64,000 bases of DNA from Balanoglossus misakiensis. Lineage: Eukaryota > Animalia > Hemichordata. Positions 14,221 through 27,379 of the stretch are shown here, piece after piece. The notes beneath the pieces are model-generated. The model was not told the origin of the DNA. It saw nothing but the letters and a program-made list of their open reading frames with translations, and ran no database searches. The stretch is from positions 2,958,831-3,022,830 of the forward strand of contig CM082578.2 in assembly GCA_040954595.2 (NCBI GenBank), written 5' to 3'. The position numbers and the translations under genes were made by a program. How positions within the stretch are numbered: position 1 is the first letter of the stretch; each line of letters opens with the position of its first letter.

Positions 14221-14419
14221 GTGTGCCAGTAACTTTTAAAGTGTGTATTTTTATAAACTTGTGTAATATGTATATACATATTATGGAATAAAACCACCAG
14301 AACATTCACCTAAGTTGTGTAATAGACTTTACCTTAATATTACATGACAGTTCACTCATGTACACATACTAAATCAGCAATCACTATTACCCAAGGAAAG
14401 TAATTTACCAGGTCTCAGA

Positions 14420-14722
14420 CAGTAATGCTACAGGCATGTAGAACATGCATGTAGCATAGCTGCTACAGGCATGTAGAACATCAGTGTAGCATAGCTGCTG
14501 CAGGCATGCTACAGGCATGTAGAACATCAGTGTAGCATAGCTGCTGCAGGCATGCTACAGGCATGTAGAACATTAATGTAGCATAGCTGCTACAGCCATG
14601 CTACATGTCAGTTGCAACTGCCATGTTACATACTGCGGCTACTTTCTAGTTACATTGATATTCTGCATGGCTGTTACATACATGCTGCATGACAGCTACA
14701 CACATGTTAAACTTTGGTTGTG
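14420..14722 (+). repeat. Subterminal repeat array and probable right terminus of the CACTA-like element
   Basis: Repeats of ~46 bp (GCATGCTACAGGCATGTAGAACATCAGTGTAGCATAGCTGC..), then ...AACTTTGGTTGTG, which reads 5'-CAC on the - strand as expected for a CMC terminus. Confidence 0.7.
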
Positions 14723-15394
14723 TTAGGGACGTTCCACTTCTGAATGTCATACAAAAAGCCACCGTGTTTATAAAACGACTTTGTTTTGATCAAAACACAG
14801 AACCAACTATTTTTAGAACTCTTTTTCACCATCTATCAATCACCTCGGTTTTTTTAATTTGGCGCATTGCAGTTTCCAGCGGCCAAATTATCACCAGTAT
14901 CCATATTTCCACAACTGCCCCATCCTGTCGCTAATTGCACCCTCCTGCCCGTATAATTATGTATGTAGAGGGCGTACCGGACATGATTCGGCTGGGATAC
15001 AAGGGTGGGATAGTATAGTCACCAGAGGGCGTACCAGACAGTTCGGGTGGGATACATGGGTGGGATTAATAGACCCTCACACTCCCCTGGTCCTTGGTGT
15101 GTGAGATTCTATTTCTCACACGACCACAAATTTTGCGATATTCACGTTTATTTTCAATAAAAGAACTAAATCTATAAAATACTAACTGATAACTGCATGA
15201 CCGGTCATATATTGATCCGCCCCGCAGAACAAGTCCCCATTTTATCACGAGTTTACAGTACACCCATGCTACAAAATGCGCTCAACACATAAACATATGG
15301 AGATATGATCCCACTGGCCTAAATTCGCGGGATATCTGTAAAATACAACCGTTTTTTGCGAGTCAGTCACCACATACACCACAATCGTCTGCAC

Positions 15395-18300
15395 ATGACG
15401 TATGTATGTATGTATGTATGTATGTATGTATGTATGTATGTATGTATGTATGTATGTATGTATGTATGTATGTATGTATGTATGTATGTATGTATGTATG
15501 TATGTATGTATGATACCCTCTCTTAGCGAAAAGTTTGAAATTTCGAGAGTTGCATCTTGCGATGAATCTTGTATGAGATTAGTTTTCCTCATTTCATTGA
15601 GCAAACACAGGTTAAGCAATGCGTGACATTAAAATTATTTATTTATGATTGTCGTAAGATGAAAAGGAATGAATTACTATTAAACTCGATGCTTCCGGTA
15701 AATAGACAAATTAAACAAAACTTATATTAATCATCAAGGTGGCTCCTCCAGGTGATTGGTCCTGGACCAAACAACCTCTGGGGGTGTCTACCAACTAATA
15801 AAAGTAAGTACACAACATAGCGTCTCCATGTAGTCGTTGCTCTCTCTCTCTCTGTCCACAGTGGTTACAAATCTTTGCAAAACACGCATAATTTAACAAG
15901 TAGTTTATATTTAAGATAATCGGAGATTAGCCGCACAACTCGCAACCATGGCTTGCCGGAGAAGCTGTAAAATGTTACGAGATTGTCGTGAAATACCTTT
16001 GAAGTTAACGCTCGTCGCTTCATTCGTAATGTTGTCCATGGCATTACTGCGGCAAGCAGGTAAGACACTAATTTTGGGTTTTGCACGTTCAGAAAGTTTG
16101 AAGTTCCTCAAAACAGGAGCTCATCACAAATCTTATTTTTTTGTGATTGTTTAAAATGATTGTTATACAAATATCGATTTGATTTCCAGGTTGCGTCACC
16201 TACCACGTTTTCCATCCGATAGATCAACCTTCTGCCTACAATTTTTGTGAGCGATTAGGTCTACGCCTTGTTAAAGTTGACAGCGAAGAAAAACACGCAG
16301 CTATAGTAAACAATTTAGAAGAACGAGGCATTCTAGGAGACAAATTCTGGATAGATGCTCGACTGATTGACAACGGACGCATAGTCACAAGAGACGGGGA
16401 CATTTTGACTTACAAGCCCAGGAGGACATATTTTTCTGAAAATAATGGAGAGTGTCTCGCACTGGCGTGAGTTAAGCGTTTCGAAACTATATTCAAATAT
16501 GAAGAAATGTGTGTTTCTTTTGTGCTCATTATAATTCAGCTAAACTTTCTGCAATCATTCTGTGTTATGCGCAGAAGCTCAGAATGGAAAATTAGTAGGG
16601 ACAAAGTTGATTGACATTATAAAGACATGCAGATGTTACAATGGACAATATCTTATCTCTTTTGTAATTATGTACACATGTTTCCTTTTATGGAAAAATT
16701 CAATCGGAAACTGTGAGATATGTCCATTTTACAGTTGAACAAAAACCTTTCTCAGCAAAATGTGGTACAACAATTTAACTCTGATTTATTTATGTCTCTG
16801 CCAATTTAAGATCATATAGACTGAGTTCTTCATTGTCTTTGGATCTTAGACAAAAGTTAAGGAGAAATGCAGAAAACGTTTTGCAGTATACATTATGAAA
16901 GGTGTACGGGTTGACTGGCGTTAATGTGCGACGATATAATGTACTTACTCGAAGTTTAAATTCCCAGACTTGGCATATGGAAAAATCAAGATTGCTACAG
17001 TACTACAGTGGAAGTTTTATGTGAAAATGCTAGTAAGTTATATTTGCCTCTTATCGTACCTTATGAATGATCTACCTATCCTGGTTGGTTCAAGTCGAAA
17101 GAAATGCTGTTGCTGTTTGCATTATTAATTAGGTGACACAATCCCCTCATTTAATATTTGGTTTGTTTTCGGAATACGAGATAATTACTGGTGTATTTCG
17201 CCGTTTTCCTTGAATACAGACGTAAAATAAAGGCTTAATTAGAGACCCCAAATCAAAATAGACATTAATTTTATTTTAAAGGAAATAAATTGTGTTTTTT
17301 TATCTCTTTTGTAGCTTCTTTCGACCTAACTACGACTGTCGGGAAGAGTATGTTGGATGCATACCAGCTATGTGAGAAGTTGGGGTTACGTCTTCTAACC
17401 GACACAACTGAACGGAAATATGAGCAGTACTGTGAATACATTTCATGGTGGAGACACTTCTGGATTGATGCTATCATCACAGCAGATGGCAATTTCAAGA
17501 CAACCAGTGGTTTAATATTGGAACACACGCATTTTGCGCCTAACCAGGCTATTGAAGTCGGATCGTGTATTTACGGACGGTGAGTCGCTCTTTGTCCCTG
17601 TCATAGGCGTTGGAACTTGCGAGATTACATTGGAGAAATGATGGCAGTTAAATGAGTGTATGCTTGTTACAACACGTGTTTCTTATCTTAAAGGTTACAA
17701 TTAGTATTTTTGCACTATTTCTGGTATTTTATCAACTTAAACTGCCATATCGTCTGAACCGCAAAGCACAATTTGAACGCTGATTGCATTACAATTCCAA
17801 CATGTGCCTTACAACATGAAAGACAGTATATGTAAATAACTAATCGGAACCCTGCCCATGTCAAGATTGAGTTTTTATATTGAACGATTTTGGAAAACTA
17901 AGCCAGGGTATACTTAATGACTAATTATTTTATTCAAATAAAAATATTCTATAGAGATCACTAATGACACTGTACAGTAATCATTGTACAAGTCTTAAAC
18001 AATACATTGTTATACAGATGTGGCATTATAAGAAATCCTGATTGGTTCACGGGAGACTGCAATGACATTCAAAATGTTGTTTGCGAGGATAATAGTAAGT
18101 AGTTTTGACATCAGCGATAAATCTCGTTTATAAATTCACATTTCCTGCATAATTGACCACCTGTGTAGTTCTGTGGCGTGTATACATTTAACATATGCCA
18201 TTATACATGGAACGTAGACAAATGCATAGGGTTATACCTTAAATTCGCATGAAAATGAGTCACCTTGGTAATGTCCGTATGTGTATCATTGAAACAAAAG

Positions 18301-21300
18301 TTGTTCTGTTCCGCCACAAGATAGCAAAATATGGTCCCGCGGTTTATAGGAAGAGAAGTAACAATGACTAATAATTCGAGCGTTTGATTTCGCGATGACT
18401 TTTGTATGAGATTATTTTTACCGATTTCATTAGTATACACAGATTAAGGAATGGATGTCATTGAATTATTTATGACTGTGGGGAGATGAAATGGAATTAA
18501 CTAATATTAAACGTGCTGCTTCCGGTAAACAGATTGATTAAACAAGAGGGTGGCATTGATCAACACAGTGTTTGTGTCATAACCAGTGGGGATTATGTAT
18601 AAAACATATATCTTGGACCAAATTAATGAAAAAAATCGGCATATTGACATCTCTTGACTGCATATTTGATATGTGTTGAAAGCCTTGCCCTTCATGCATT
18701 GTCCTCACCAAAGGATAGTGCTAAAGTTTGGATTCCCAGAGGAGAACCCAGCTGAAGGGGGCTCCGAAGTAGATCTTGAAAAGGTCAAACTTTATTACTT
18801 GGCAAGTTCGAACTTAAGTAAGCACACAATAATTAATGGATATCATTTCTATTAATTAAGACTAGGATAAGGTGAAAACGGAAAAGCATTCATTAAACTT
18901 GATGCTACAGGAAATGTATAGATAAAAACAAAGGCTGCTGACAATGGAGCAAATATGTCCCCTGAAAATGTTATGTATTCATGTACTATTTTAAAGTCAC
19001 GAGTACCTTCTCAATTTTAGAAATACAACACAAATTATGTTGTCATCTCTCACGTCATCTGCATTTTATATTTACAAAATTCAGATGATGACTTACTTCT
19101 GCTGCGGGAGATGGTGGTCAAGATAAGTGACGAAGAATTCAGAACAGCAGAAGTCGTAAGAAAAGTTCCAATCATTTGAGACTGATGCAATTCATTGTAT
19201 TGTATTCAGCCACAAGTCAGAGAAATGCACTTAAGGTGGCATTGCATGAAACCGTCGAGACTTTTTCAGAGGCCTATTTCTCATCAAAGACAACGATAAA
19301 ACCCCCATAAACCATAAATATTCTGGAAGCTGAGTTTTTGAACTTTTGTTTGAGTTGCAAATATTATCGATCCCCAGAAATAGTGGCGATTTTGGGTGAA
19401 AAAAAAACATTTTTTGATATTATGTCATTAAATTTAAATTAGGTAAAAAAGTTGACCATGCATCATGCATCTTAATATGTCATTCAAAACTAGAGTACAC
19501 GTGCAAAAAAACGGTAATTTTGTTTTGCATTATCTGCTTCCATTGAGGAGTAACAGCGTTTGAAAGTTAGATGTTTAGTAAAATTTGATCAAATTTACGG
19601 TGAGTTGTATTGAATCAGAGTTTATTCCCGCCAGGGACACTTTATCGACTAACAAAAATACCGTTTTGTTGGATGGGTCATACACAATCCCCTGTTTAAA
19701 TTTGAGCAAATTCGGCCAATGCAGAGCGAAGCTATTTTAGTCTGAAGTTGTCAAGAGCAGCGAAAATGCAAACTGAGAAAAACGGCCATTTGCATTGTTG
19801 ACACCTATTTGTTAAGCTGTGAATTCATTCAGAAAAGTGCTATTTTGTGGTGATTATGCACCATTTCCGCCAAGACGTATTAGTCAGGATGTGGTCAGTA
19901 TTAGGCCCACCGATTTATGTAAAAAGTAAAATTTGGCAAAAATCACAAGTTTTCATGCAATGCCACCTTAAACGTACATTAAACGTGTTTATGGGATATG
20001 AATAGTTTGTGACAACTTAAGCTACATACTAAATAATTCCACATAAAGCTATAAAGCCACGTACTAAATATTTTTCCTTTTTCCAGGGTTTCAGTGTAGT
20101 TGACAAGTTAGCCACTTTAACCTCTGACCTTTCAAATAAAAGTATCATATTTGAAGGAAGAATTATATTTGCAAAAGGTATTGTGATCGTTTTTACTAAA
20201 AACCATAATGAGTTTGTGACGTCAGTATGCATATCAACACCGTCCACATTAAATATCATCCAATGATGTAAATATCATAATGGTATCATACGCAGAAATG
20301 TAGAACCTTACAATCCGTAAGCGTATCGAAAATGTGTCAACTGTATTTCGTTTGTTTCAATAAATCATGCAGATAATTGGTGACCGTCAAATATGTTATT
20401 TTCAGAAAAACATGAGCATTGGACAATTCCATAAGCTGATGGATACGAGAAATGAGACACACTTATTATCAACCGGCGTATGATGCAATAGCCGAGACAG
20501 ACCGACAGAGTGAGAGAGTTTTAAATGTCAATAAATATATATTTCAGAAACACTGAATGTTATGCATAAAGTGATAGACAGAATGCAGTCCCTAATTGAC
20601 GCCAATCCGAGCGACAAGCTGAAACCCGGGCAGGCAAACCACCTGACAAAGATAATAACGAAAGTATTCGACCAGTTATCAATGTTTATACTCAACGAGA
20701 CTATTTGTGGAGATGGACCAATCATCGTGAAAACATCTTCGCTTGTTCTGCATCTAGAAAAGAACTTTGTGCAGGACTTAAGCAACGTCACCATAATGAT
20801 TGGGGATGGAAGTGGATTCAATATCCCACCAGCAGATATTATGTTTCCACAATTGTCACGGGACACAGTCTTGAACAGGATGGTTTGTATACGACGTCTA
20901 TAATCAGAAGTAAAATATTTCATTTCACATCTTTCACGGCTCTATTCTTATATATTGGTATTTGTATACTATTGGTCACCGCCAGTATACTATAATGTGA
21001 CGTCCAGGTGATTTTGCTATCATTAATGGAATGAATTATTGGCTGTTATTTGTTTTGAGTCAATGGATCTGTTGCAATTTTTTAAACAAAATTGGTCCAT
21101 ACTATATTTTAAAGATGATCTTTGGTTTTATGTACGATATCTGTTGTTGTCTTCTTGTGTCCTTATGCTCAAGGATAATTAGAGTATTTTTTTCCCTTTA
21201 GATTTTCCGTTTGGGTGTAAATCCCCACAGATTGGCAAATAAGACATATGGCTTTACTACCGATATACTGACCTTGGAATTCAGAGATGAAGATGGTTAT

Positions 21301-24071
21301 GAGATAAAAGGTTGGTTCGCATTAAGGTGGCATTGCATGAAAACTTTTTGCCAAATTTTACTTTTTTTACATAAATCGGTAGGCCTAATACTGATCCACA
21401 TCCTGACTAATACGTCTTGGCGGAAATGGTGCATAATCAACCCAAAATAGCACTTTTCTGAAGGAGTTCCCAGCTTAACAAATAGGTGTTAACAATGCAA
21501 ATGGCCGTTTTTCTCAGTTTGCATTTTCGCTGCTCTTGACAACTTCAGACGAAAATAGCTTCGCTCTGCGTTGGCCAAATTTTCTCAAATTTTAACTGGG
21601 GATTGTGTCTGACCCATCCAACAAAACGGTATTTTTGTTAGTCCATAAAGTGTCCCTGGCGGAAATAAACTCTGATTCAATATAACTCACCGTGAATTTG
21701 ATCAAATTTTACTAAAAATCTAACTTTCAAACGCTGTTACTCCTCAATGGAAGCAGATAACGCAAAACAAAATAACCGTTTTTTTGCACGTGTACTCTAG
21801 TTTCGAATGACATATTAAGATGCATGATGCATGGTCAACTTTTTTACCTAATTTAAATTTAATGACATAATATCAAAAAATGTTTTTTTCACCCAAAATC
21901 ACCACCATTTCCGGGGATCAATAATATTTGCAACTCAAACAAAAGTTCAAAAACTCAGCTTCCAGAATATTTATGGTTTATGGGGGTTTTAACGTTAACT
22001 TTGATGAGAAATAGGCCTCTGAAAAAGTCTCGACGGTTTCATGCAATGCCACCTTAATGCCATAAGTGGTATGCTATAATTCACATTGAATCGCAAAATC
22101 ACTTGAAATTTTCGGGGAAAGAATGTTCCTCTTTGGAACGCCTTGCCTTAAGGGGTTATTGATTTGGCCAAGGAGCATGTCCTGTGTCACCATTATCGTA
22201 AAGAAGCACCATTTAAACTGGAAACGGCGAATTCCTTTTTTTAAACAACTTGACCTAGAAACCCACCAACATACTTGTATAAACATACTCGCTCACAATT
22301 TCATCGTGAAGGGCGTAAGTAGATTAATGACCAATTTGTGAATTTTGTTTTGGAATCAGTTTGAATTATAACAACATTTTTATATTCAGTGAAAAATGCA
22401 TCAAATGATCTCGGTGTATGGCTTGGTAATTATCAGACACCTATAAATGAACGCATCATCTCGGGGTTGTATGTGAAAAGTGAAGGAGTCACTCACTATG
22501 CATTGACAGTAACGGTAATCTTTACATAATATTATGAAATTCACTGATAACTGCATGTTTTCTGATCTAGTCTTTTACATAACCATTTGATCAACGGCGC
22601 AAAACTTAAACATGAGTATAAATGTCATTGGTGCTATTTCAAAAACAGTGTTATAGTTTACCTCACACATTTCATTATGTGAAGTTTATCTTGCGTCACT
22701 TTCTCATTATTTACGTTGCAGGCGCTATCGGCCTACTCTGCATTTCAAATCACCATGGAAGCATCAGCTCCTGTCTTCGAGACTACTATAGCATACATGT
22801 CACTGGAAAGACTTGACGCTGTCGGTGGCTACAGTGGTTTTTATTATGTAACTGAGTTAGTATTTGCAGGGTGTACAGCATCCTTATTTCTACCAGAAGC
22901 AAAGATCACCAGGACGGGCTTGTATTACATAGTCTTTGACCTTACCAGTGGTAAGTTGTGTGGGTTTTTTTTGCTGTTCATGTCACCGTCAAATTCAAAA
23001 ATCAACATGTATATGAAGTAAGTAATGCCACGATCTTGCGATTTCATTAAAGCGCAAAGAGTTGCCATTTTTTGCGCGATGATAGCGAGATAATGTTATC
23101 GCCTCTTCTGTGTGGGTATATGTCAATCTATCTGTCTCTCTGTCTGTCCGTCTGTCTGTTTGTTTGTCTGTCTGTCTGTCTGTCTGTATGTATGTATGTC
23201 TGTCTGTTAGCGCGATATTAAAAAAACTAACCAGAACACGGTCAGGTTTTTTTATGTAAATTGAAAGAACTCATTACTTTTGTGCGTTGGACATATATTA
23301 AGGTTATAATATTCATTGCCATTATAAAATATGTGAAAAGTTCTGGCGGAAATAGGGTGATCGTTGTCATAAAATCTCTAATTTATTATTTTTCTGTTGG
23401 TTTGACGAACATATTGGCGGTCATTTTGAATTTGAAATATTAGAAAAATTGGCCTTGTGTCGAAATATTCCATCGTGACCCCTGTTTCACAACTTTAAAA
23501 GATAATCCAGTTAATGTTAAATGAAATAGGTGGAAGAAACCTAAACTAAAAATACAGAAGGTACTGTTATTCTTTTTTTCTCTACAGCCCATGGGGTTGA
23601 CATCAAGGTTCTCACTACTCAACACAGATGTAGCTACTTTGATGAGACTAACTGGCAGAATGATGGTTGCAAGGTATAAACACGTTTCTGCAAATTTTGC
23701 AATAATTGATTATGCTCCCTGTACTTGCATGCGATGAAACTAAAGACAGGTGACAATTTGTCATGATAAATATGCAACAACAACTAAAAATGCAAAAGGT
23801 ATCTTAAGATTAATGCTGACACATGGAAAACACTGCATACATAAAAAATGCACTGGACTCTTTTTCATTATATTAAATCTCTGCGACGTAAACCAAGTGT
23901 TTGATTTTGTTTCACTTGCGAAAGAAACGACCACTGCTGTGTCAAGTCGTATTTTTTCTGCTTGATATCTTGCAGGTGTCACCAAAATCCGACTTCAATT
24001 CTACCCTGTGTCTGTGTAACCACCTGACTGTTTTCAGTGCAATGGTGGACAATGGACGATGCCACGTTTAG
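15395..24071 (+). CDS. Polycystin-1-like (PKD1L/REJ-family) ectodomain protein: 2 C-type lectin domains plus GAIN/GPS, no transmembrane region, ~631 aa
   Basis: Exons: 15395-15399 (tentative), 15739-15803, 16190-16466, 16968-17032, 17315-17579, 18018-18094, 19085-19155, 20087-20177, 20548-20882, 21202-21310, 22390-22514, 22722-22950, 23588-23673, 23976-24071. All GT-AG and phase-compatible, 1896 nt in total. CTLD motifs (AY..CE.LGLRL, FWIDA, W...DC...V.CE). GAIN motifs (GVNPH, LTLEFRDEDG.EI.V.N). GPS: CSYFDE..W..DGCKV...TLCLCNHL/TVFS. Confidence 0.8.
15400..15512. repeat. (GTAT)n microsatellite
   Basis: Perfect tetranucleotide run of ~28 units. Confidence 0.98.
19235..19967. mobile_element. 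TTAA MITE family C copy 1 (intronic)
   Basis: TTAA at 19231-19234 and 19968-19971. TIR GGTGGCATTGCATGAAA. Confidence 0.92.
21326..22053. mobile_element. TTAA MITE family C copy 2, inverted relative to copy 1
   Basis: TTAA at 21322-21325 and 22054-22057. Same TIR. The body is the reverse complement of 19235-19967 with scattered differences. Confidence 0.92.
23095..23260. repeat. (CTGT)n-containing intronic repeat, possibly a DINE-1/HINE-like non-autonomous Helentron
   Basis: Imperfect (CTGT)n/(TATG)n block at 23130-23205, followed by TAGCGCGATATTAAAAAAACTA. Only the microsatellite is certain. Confidence 0.35.
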
Positions 24072-24767
24072 CACGGCGGCGTCCATTACGTCTAGAGAAG
24101 TGACAAAACAATCTTATGAGACAAGTTCTGAACTATAATGTACCATTGACAAAATAAGCTGTCACTTGCCATTGTAATAACCAATAATTTCACTTGTCAT
24201 CATGGTGGAATTATATTCTGTAACTTTAAAACAAATTGTATGTGTTTGCCTTGGATTACTCTGAATTATTCTGGTTGATATTAAATCGTACACTTAAAGT
24301 GCAGTATGTATATGTACGGCGCCTTTTCCCATCGAATCAAATTACGCTTCATTTGATGATACTCTGATGGATGGAATGGGGGGGGGGGAGGAAATGAGGG
24401 AGGGTGGGACTCCCTATAGGGAGGGATGGAGGGAGGAAGGGAGGGAGTTGCTGTTTTTGTTGTTGTTGTTGTAAAAATAGCTTTTTCTAGATGGGGTTCT
24501 TTACAAAACTTTTGAAAAGTTTGCATACTACAATTGCTCCAAAAAATTGAGATGCCTTGCTATTTTAACCCTTTTAATCTTCTTACTACTCCATGATGCT
24601 TTCCTTGACTTTTTTTCACTGGATTGGTCAAAGTGAAATGCCACTGACCATGTCCAAAGTGAAACAATAATTCTAATTAACGGCCCATCCCCAAATAACC
24701 GCCCGTGGGCGCCCTTTCGGGTGGGCGAACTCTCAGTAAACCCCGGTAAACATAATGGCAGACAATC

Positions 24768-25317
24768 ATATGCGACAAAGGTGTGGGAAAACAATATTGA
24801 TGTTTATCCGAACTGGAGTATGATATGGGCAATCAAAGTGAAAAAAATACGGATAAAAAAGATTGCTCAATTCAATTTATTTTTATTGTATGATAAACTT
24901 CCACACAAAGTGAATTTATTTAAATGGAAGAGAGAAGCCTCTCCATTGTGTGAAGTATGTAATGTAATTGAAGATTGTAAGCATTTTCTTTTTGATCGTA
25001 AAAATGTAACACATTTCTGGGCCACTGTTACTCGAGCCCTTAATAGATCATACAACACTCAGTTCAGCTTATCTTTGAAGCATGTAATCTATGGTTACTA
25101 TCTAGAGCTACCCAAGTTCGAACATTTGAACCTAATCATAATGTTAAGCACCTAAGGATACTAAAACAGCAAAATATGAGGAAATTCCTTACTGAAGAGC
25201 TGTATTATATAAACTATGTAAAACACGATAGAACTATTGTAAATTTCATGAAGTATGTGTAACATATATCCTGTACACTCTGCAATTACTGAATTAAAGA
25301 TTTTATAAACAAAAAAA
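24768..25317 (+). mobile_element. L1/Tx1-type LINE 3' fragment with poly(A) and 16-bp TSD
   Basis: ORF2 C-terminus with Zn motif CEVC...EDCKHFLF. A-tail at ~25305-25317. ATAATGGCAGACAATC is duplicated at 24752-24767 and 25318-25333. Confidence 0.9.
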
Positions 25318-25333
25318 ATAATGGCAGACAATC

Positions 25334-26090
25334 GATTTTTTGGAAATGTGGGTATTTGAGGAATAAACTATGCCGTATTTGAGTAAATTTTGCAGATACT
25401 TCCCCACTATATGTGCCGTTTTGAATTCCTGGACATATTTATCTTTACCGACATCTCCCGCAGCGGAAGTTAGTCATCATCTGAATAATGCAAATGTGAC
25501 ATGTAGATGACATGAGAGGCGAAAAAACTTACTATTGTATTTCTAGAATTGCAAATTTTATACAGAACCCTAACCGATGGGTTAACCTCTGGGAATCCGC
25601 ATTGTGGCATTATAATTGACGCGGACAATGCACTAAAGACAAGTTATTAAATAAAGATCACATGTACACTCAAAGGAAATGTGTAAGTGCAGGACAATTT
25701 GCCGAATTTTCATTGATTGGGGTGAGATGCAAAATGTGTCAACCATGGATTGCCTGAGAAGACGTAAATTGTTACAGTGCTGTCGTGAATTACCTTTGAC
25801 GTTAACGATCATCGCCACATTCGTCGAAAGCATTTGAAAATGTTGCATTCCTCACATAATGTGAGACGATCGATTTTTGGAATGTTGATATTGAGGAGTG
25901 GGCTGTATTTGGGTAAATTTTGCAGATACTTTTGTATACCATATGTGCTGAATTCATACTTGCATATGTCCTCAGCAACACATCCCGCAGCAGAAGTAGG
26001 TCAATATCTAAATAATGCAAATATTAAATGCAGATGACATGAGAGGCGGTAGAATACTACAAATTGTATTTCTAGAACTACAGAATTTGA
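25334..26090. repeat. Diverged direct repeat pair (~220 bp)
   Basis: 25334-25550 and 25871-26080 share colinear blocks: gtaaattttgcagatact, cccgcagc.gaagt, aataatgcaaat, agatgacatgagaggcg, attgtatttctagaa. Confidence 0.7.
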
Positions 26091-26302
26091 GAATAAAAAT
26101 GTGACCATAAATAAATTAAACAAAACAAGTTCTGCCACTTCTATTTTTGCCTGTTTTTGTTTAAAAAGAAGCAAGTGAATAATAAAAAAAACTACCATGA
26201 CTTTTTAACCTGGATAATCCACCACAAAAGGGGCACATCCTTTCAATTTATCCAGTTAAATACTTGACACAACTTGTGACAATGTAAATAGACATGATTT
26301 AC

Positions 26303-27327
26303 TCACTCTGCCCAACTGCATACATGAAGACTGGCAACTTGTCTGTCTTCACCTTCATACTTTTGTATTTTTCCTTCAGCTCTTTTAATTGAAAATTCAT
26401 TGGGTATATCATCCTTATGAACACTCCTATGTCATTCATCTCATACGGTACAAAATCCACGTCTATGAAGTGTGTCGATACACTCTGCGCCCAGTGCATG
26501 GCATTTGAGTCACTGTCCACGGTAATAGCCCACTGACTTTTTCTGCCGTACTGCCCCCATTTTCTTTAGGACTCCTTTATTGTCTTTTATCAATGGTGTA
26601 ACATTTAACACCTGAATGAAAATGTTACAAAATAGGGTAAACATCAAAATTTTAATAAATGTATGTAAAATGACATGAATATAAACTTAAATTTTCATAA
26701 AATCAGGAAATAACTAACAAGGAAAAGACTTGTACATTGCATGGATATGAAGAAAACATGTGTTATAACTCCTAGCAATTACGTATAATGCTTAAAGGCT
26801 GAACTGTATATAACCTTGGTCTATACTTTCCTGTGTATGTATACTCTACACTTCTATTCTATTCCCTAAAGCATGATGAATTTACCAGTGTCTAGAATGT
26901 TTACCTTGTCTGTAAATGAGATGATGAGAAGTTAAATACATGTACTGGGCAATTCATCATGCTATTTGGTGTAGAATGGAAAGAAAACAAAAGTGTAGAC
27001 AAAATACAAAAAGGTTAGTGGTGGGGGGGGGGGGCTAAAAACTTCCCAAGATACCTGAAGAAAGGCAGTTCTTATCTTTCTACATGTATGTATCATTTGG
27101 ATAGCAATTCCTACCTGTTGTTCTGGTGGCTTTGGAACAGATCGCTTCAGTCTCTTGGATTTTACTTCTGCCCCTTTCTTCCGAAATTGTTCGGCTAATC
27201 GCCCCAAAGCTTCTTGACTCTCTTTCAAGGGATAAAAAAACAATGTGTTTCTTAAATTGTTTGAACAGTTGCACTTTTTTCAATGAGTTGGATATTCCAT
27301 AGGCATCAAGTGAGGAAAGCAACTGTG
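26303..27327 (-). pseudogene. Two decayed exons of an unidentified protein
   Basis: Exon-like segments ~27327-27115 (QLLSSLDAYG.../YPLKESQEALGRLAEQFRKK, frameshifted) and ~26611-26307 (WAITVDSDSNAMHWAQ...FIDVDFVP, with a stop and frameshift), each bounded by AG/GT. Confidence 0.4.
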
Positions 27328-27379
27328 CTGAAAAATACGAATTCTAGAAAACATTTTTTGTGAATTATCCAAATTGACG

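Noticed and set aside
14420-14700. Regular repeats resembling a CRISPR array
   Set aside because: There are no unique spacers or cas genes, the context is eukaryotic, and they are explained as subterminal repeats of a CACTA-like element.
15269-15626. ORFs of (MYVC)n and (HTYI)n
   Set aside because: Translations of the GTAT microsatellite.
24376-24450. G-rich tract (possible G-quadruplex) and Pro-rich antisense ORF
   Set aside because: Low-complexity sequence with no evidence of function.
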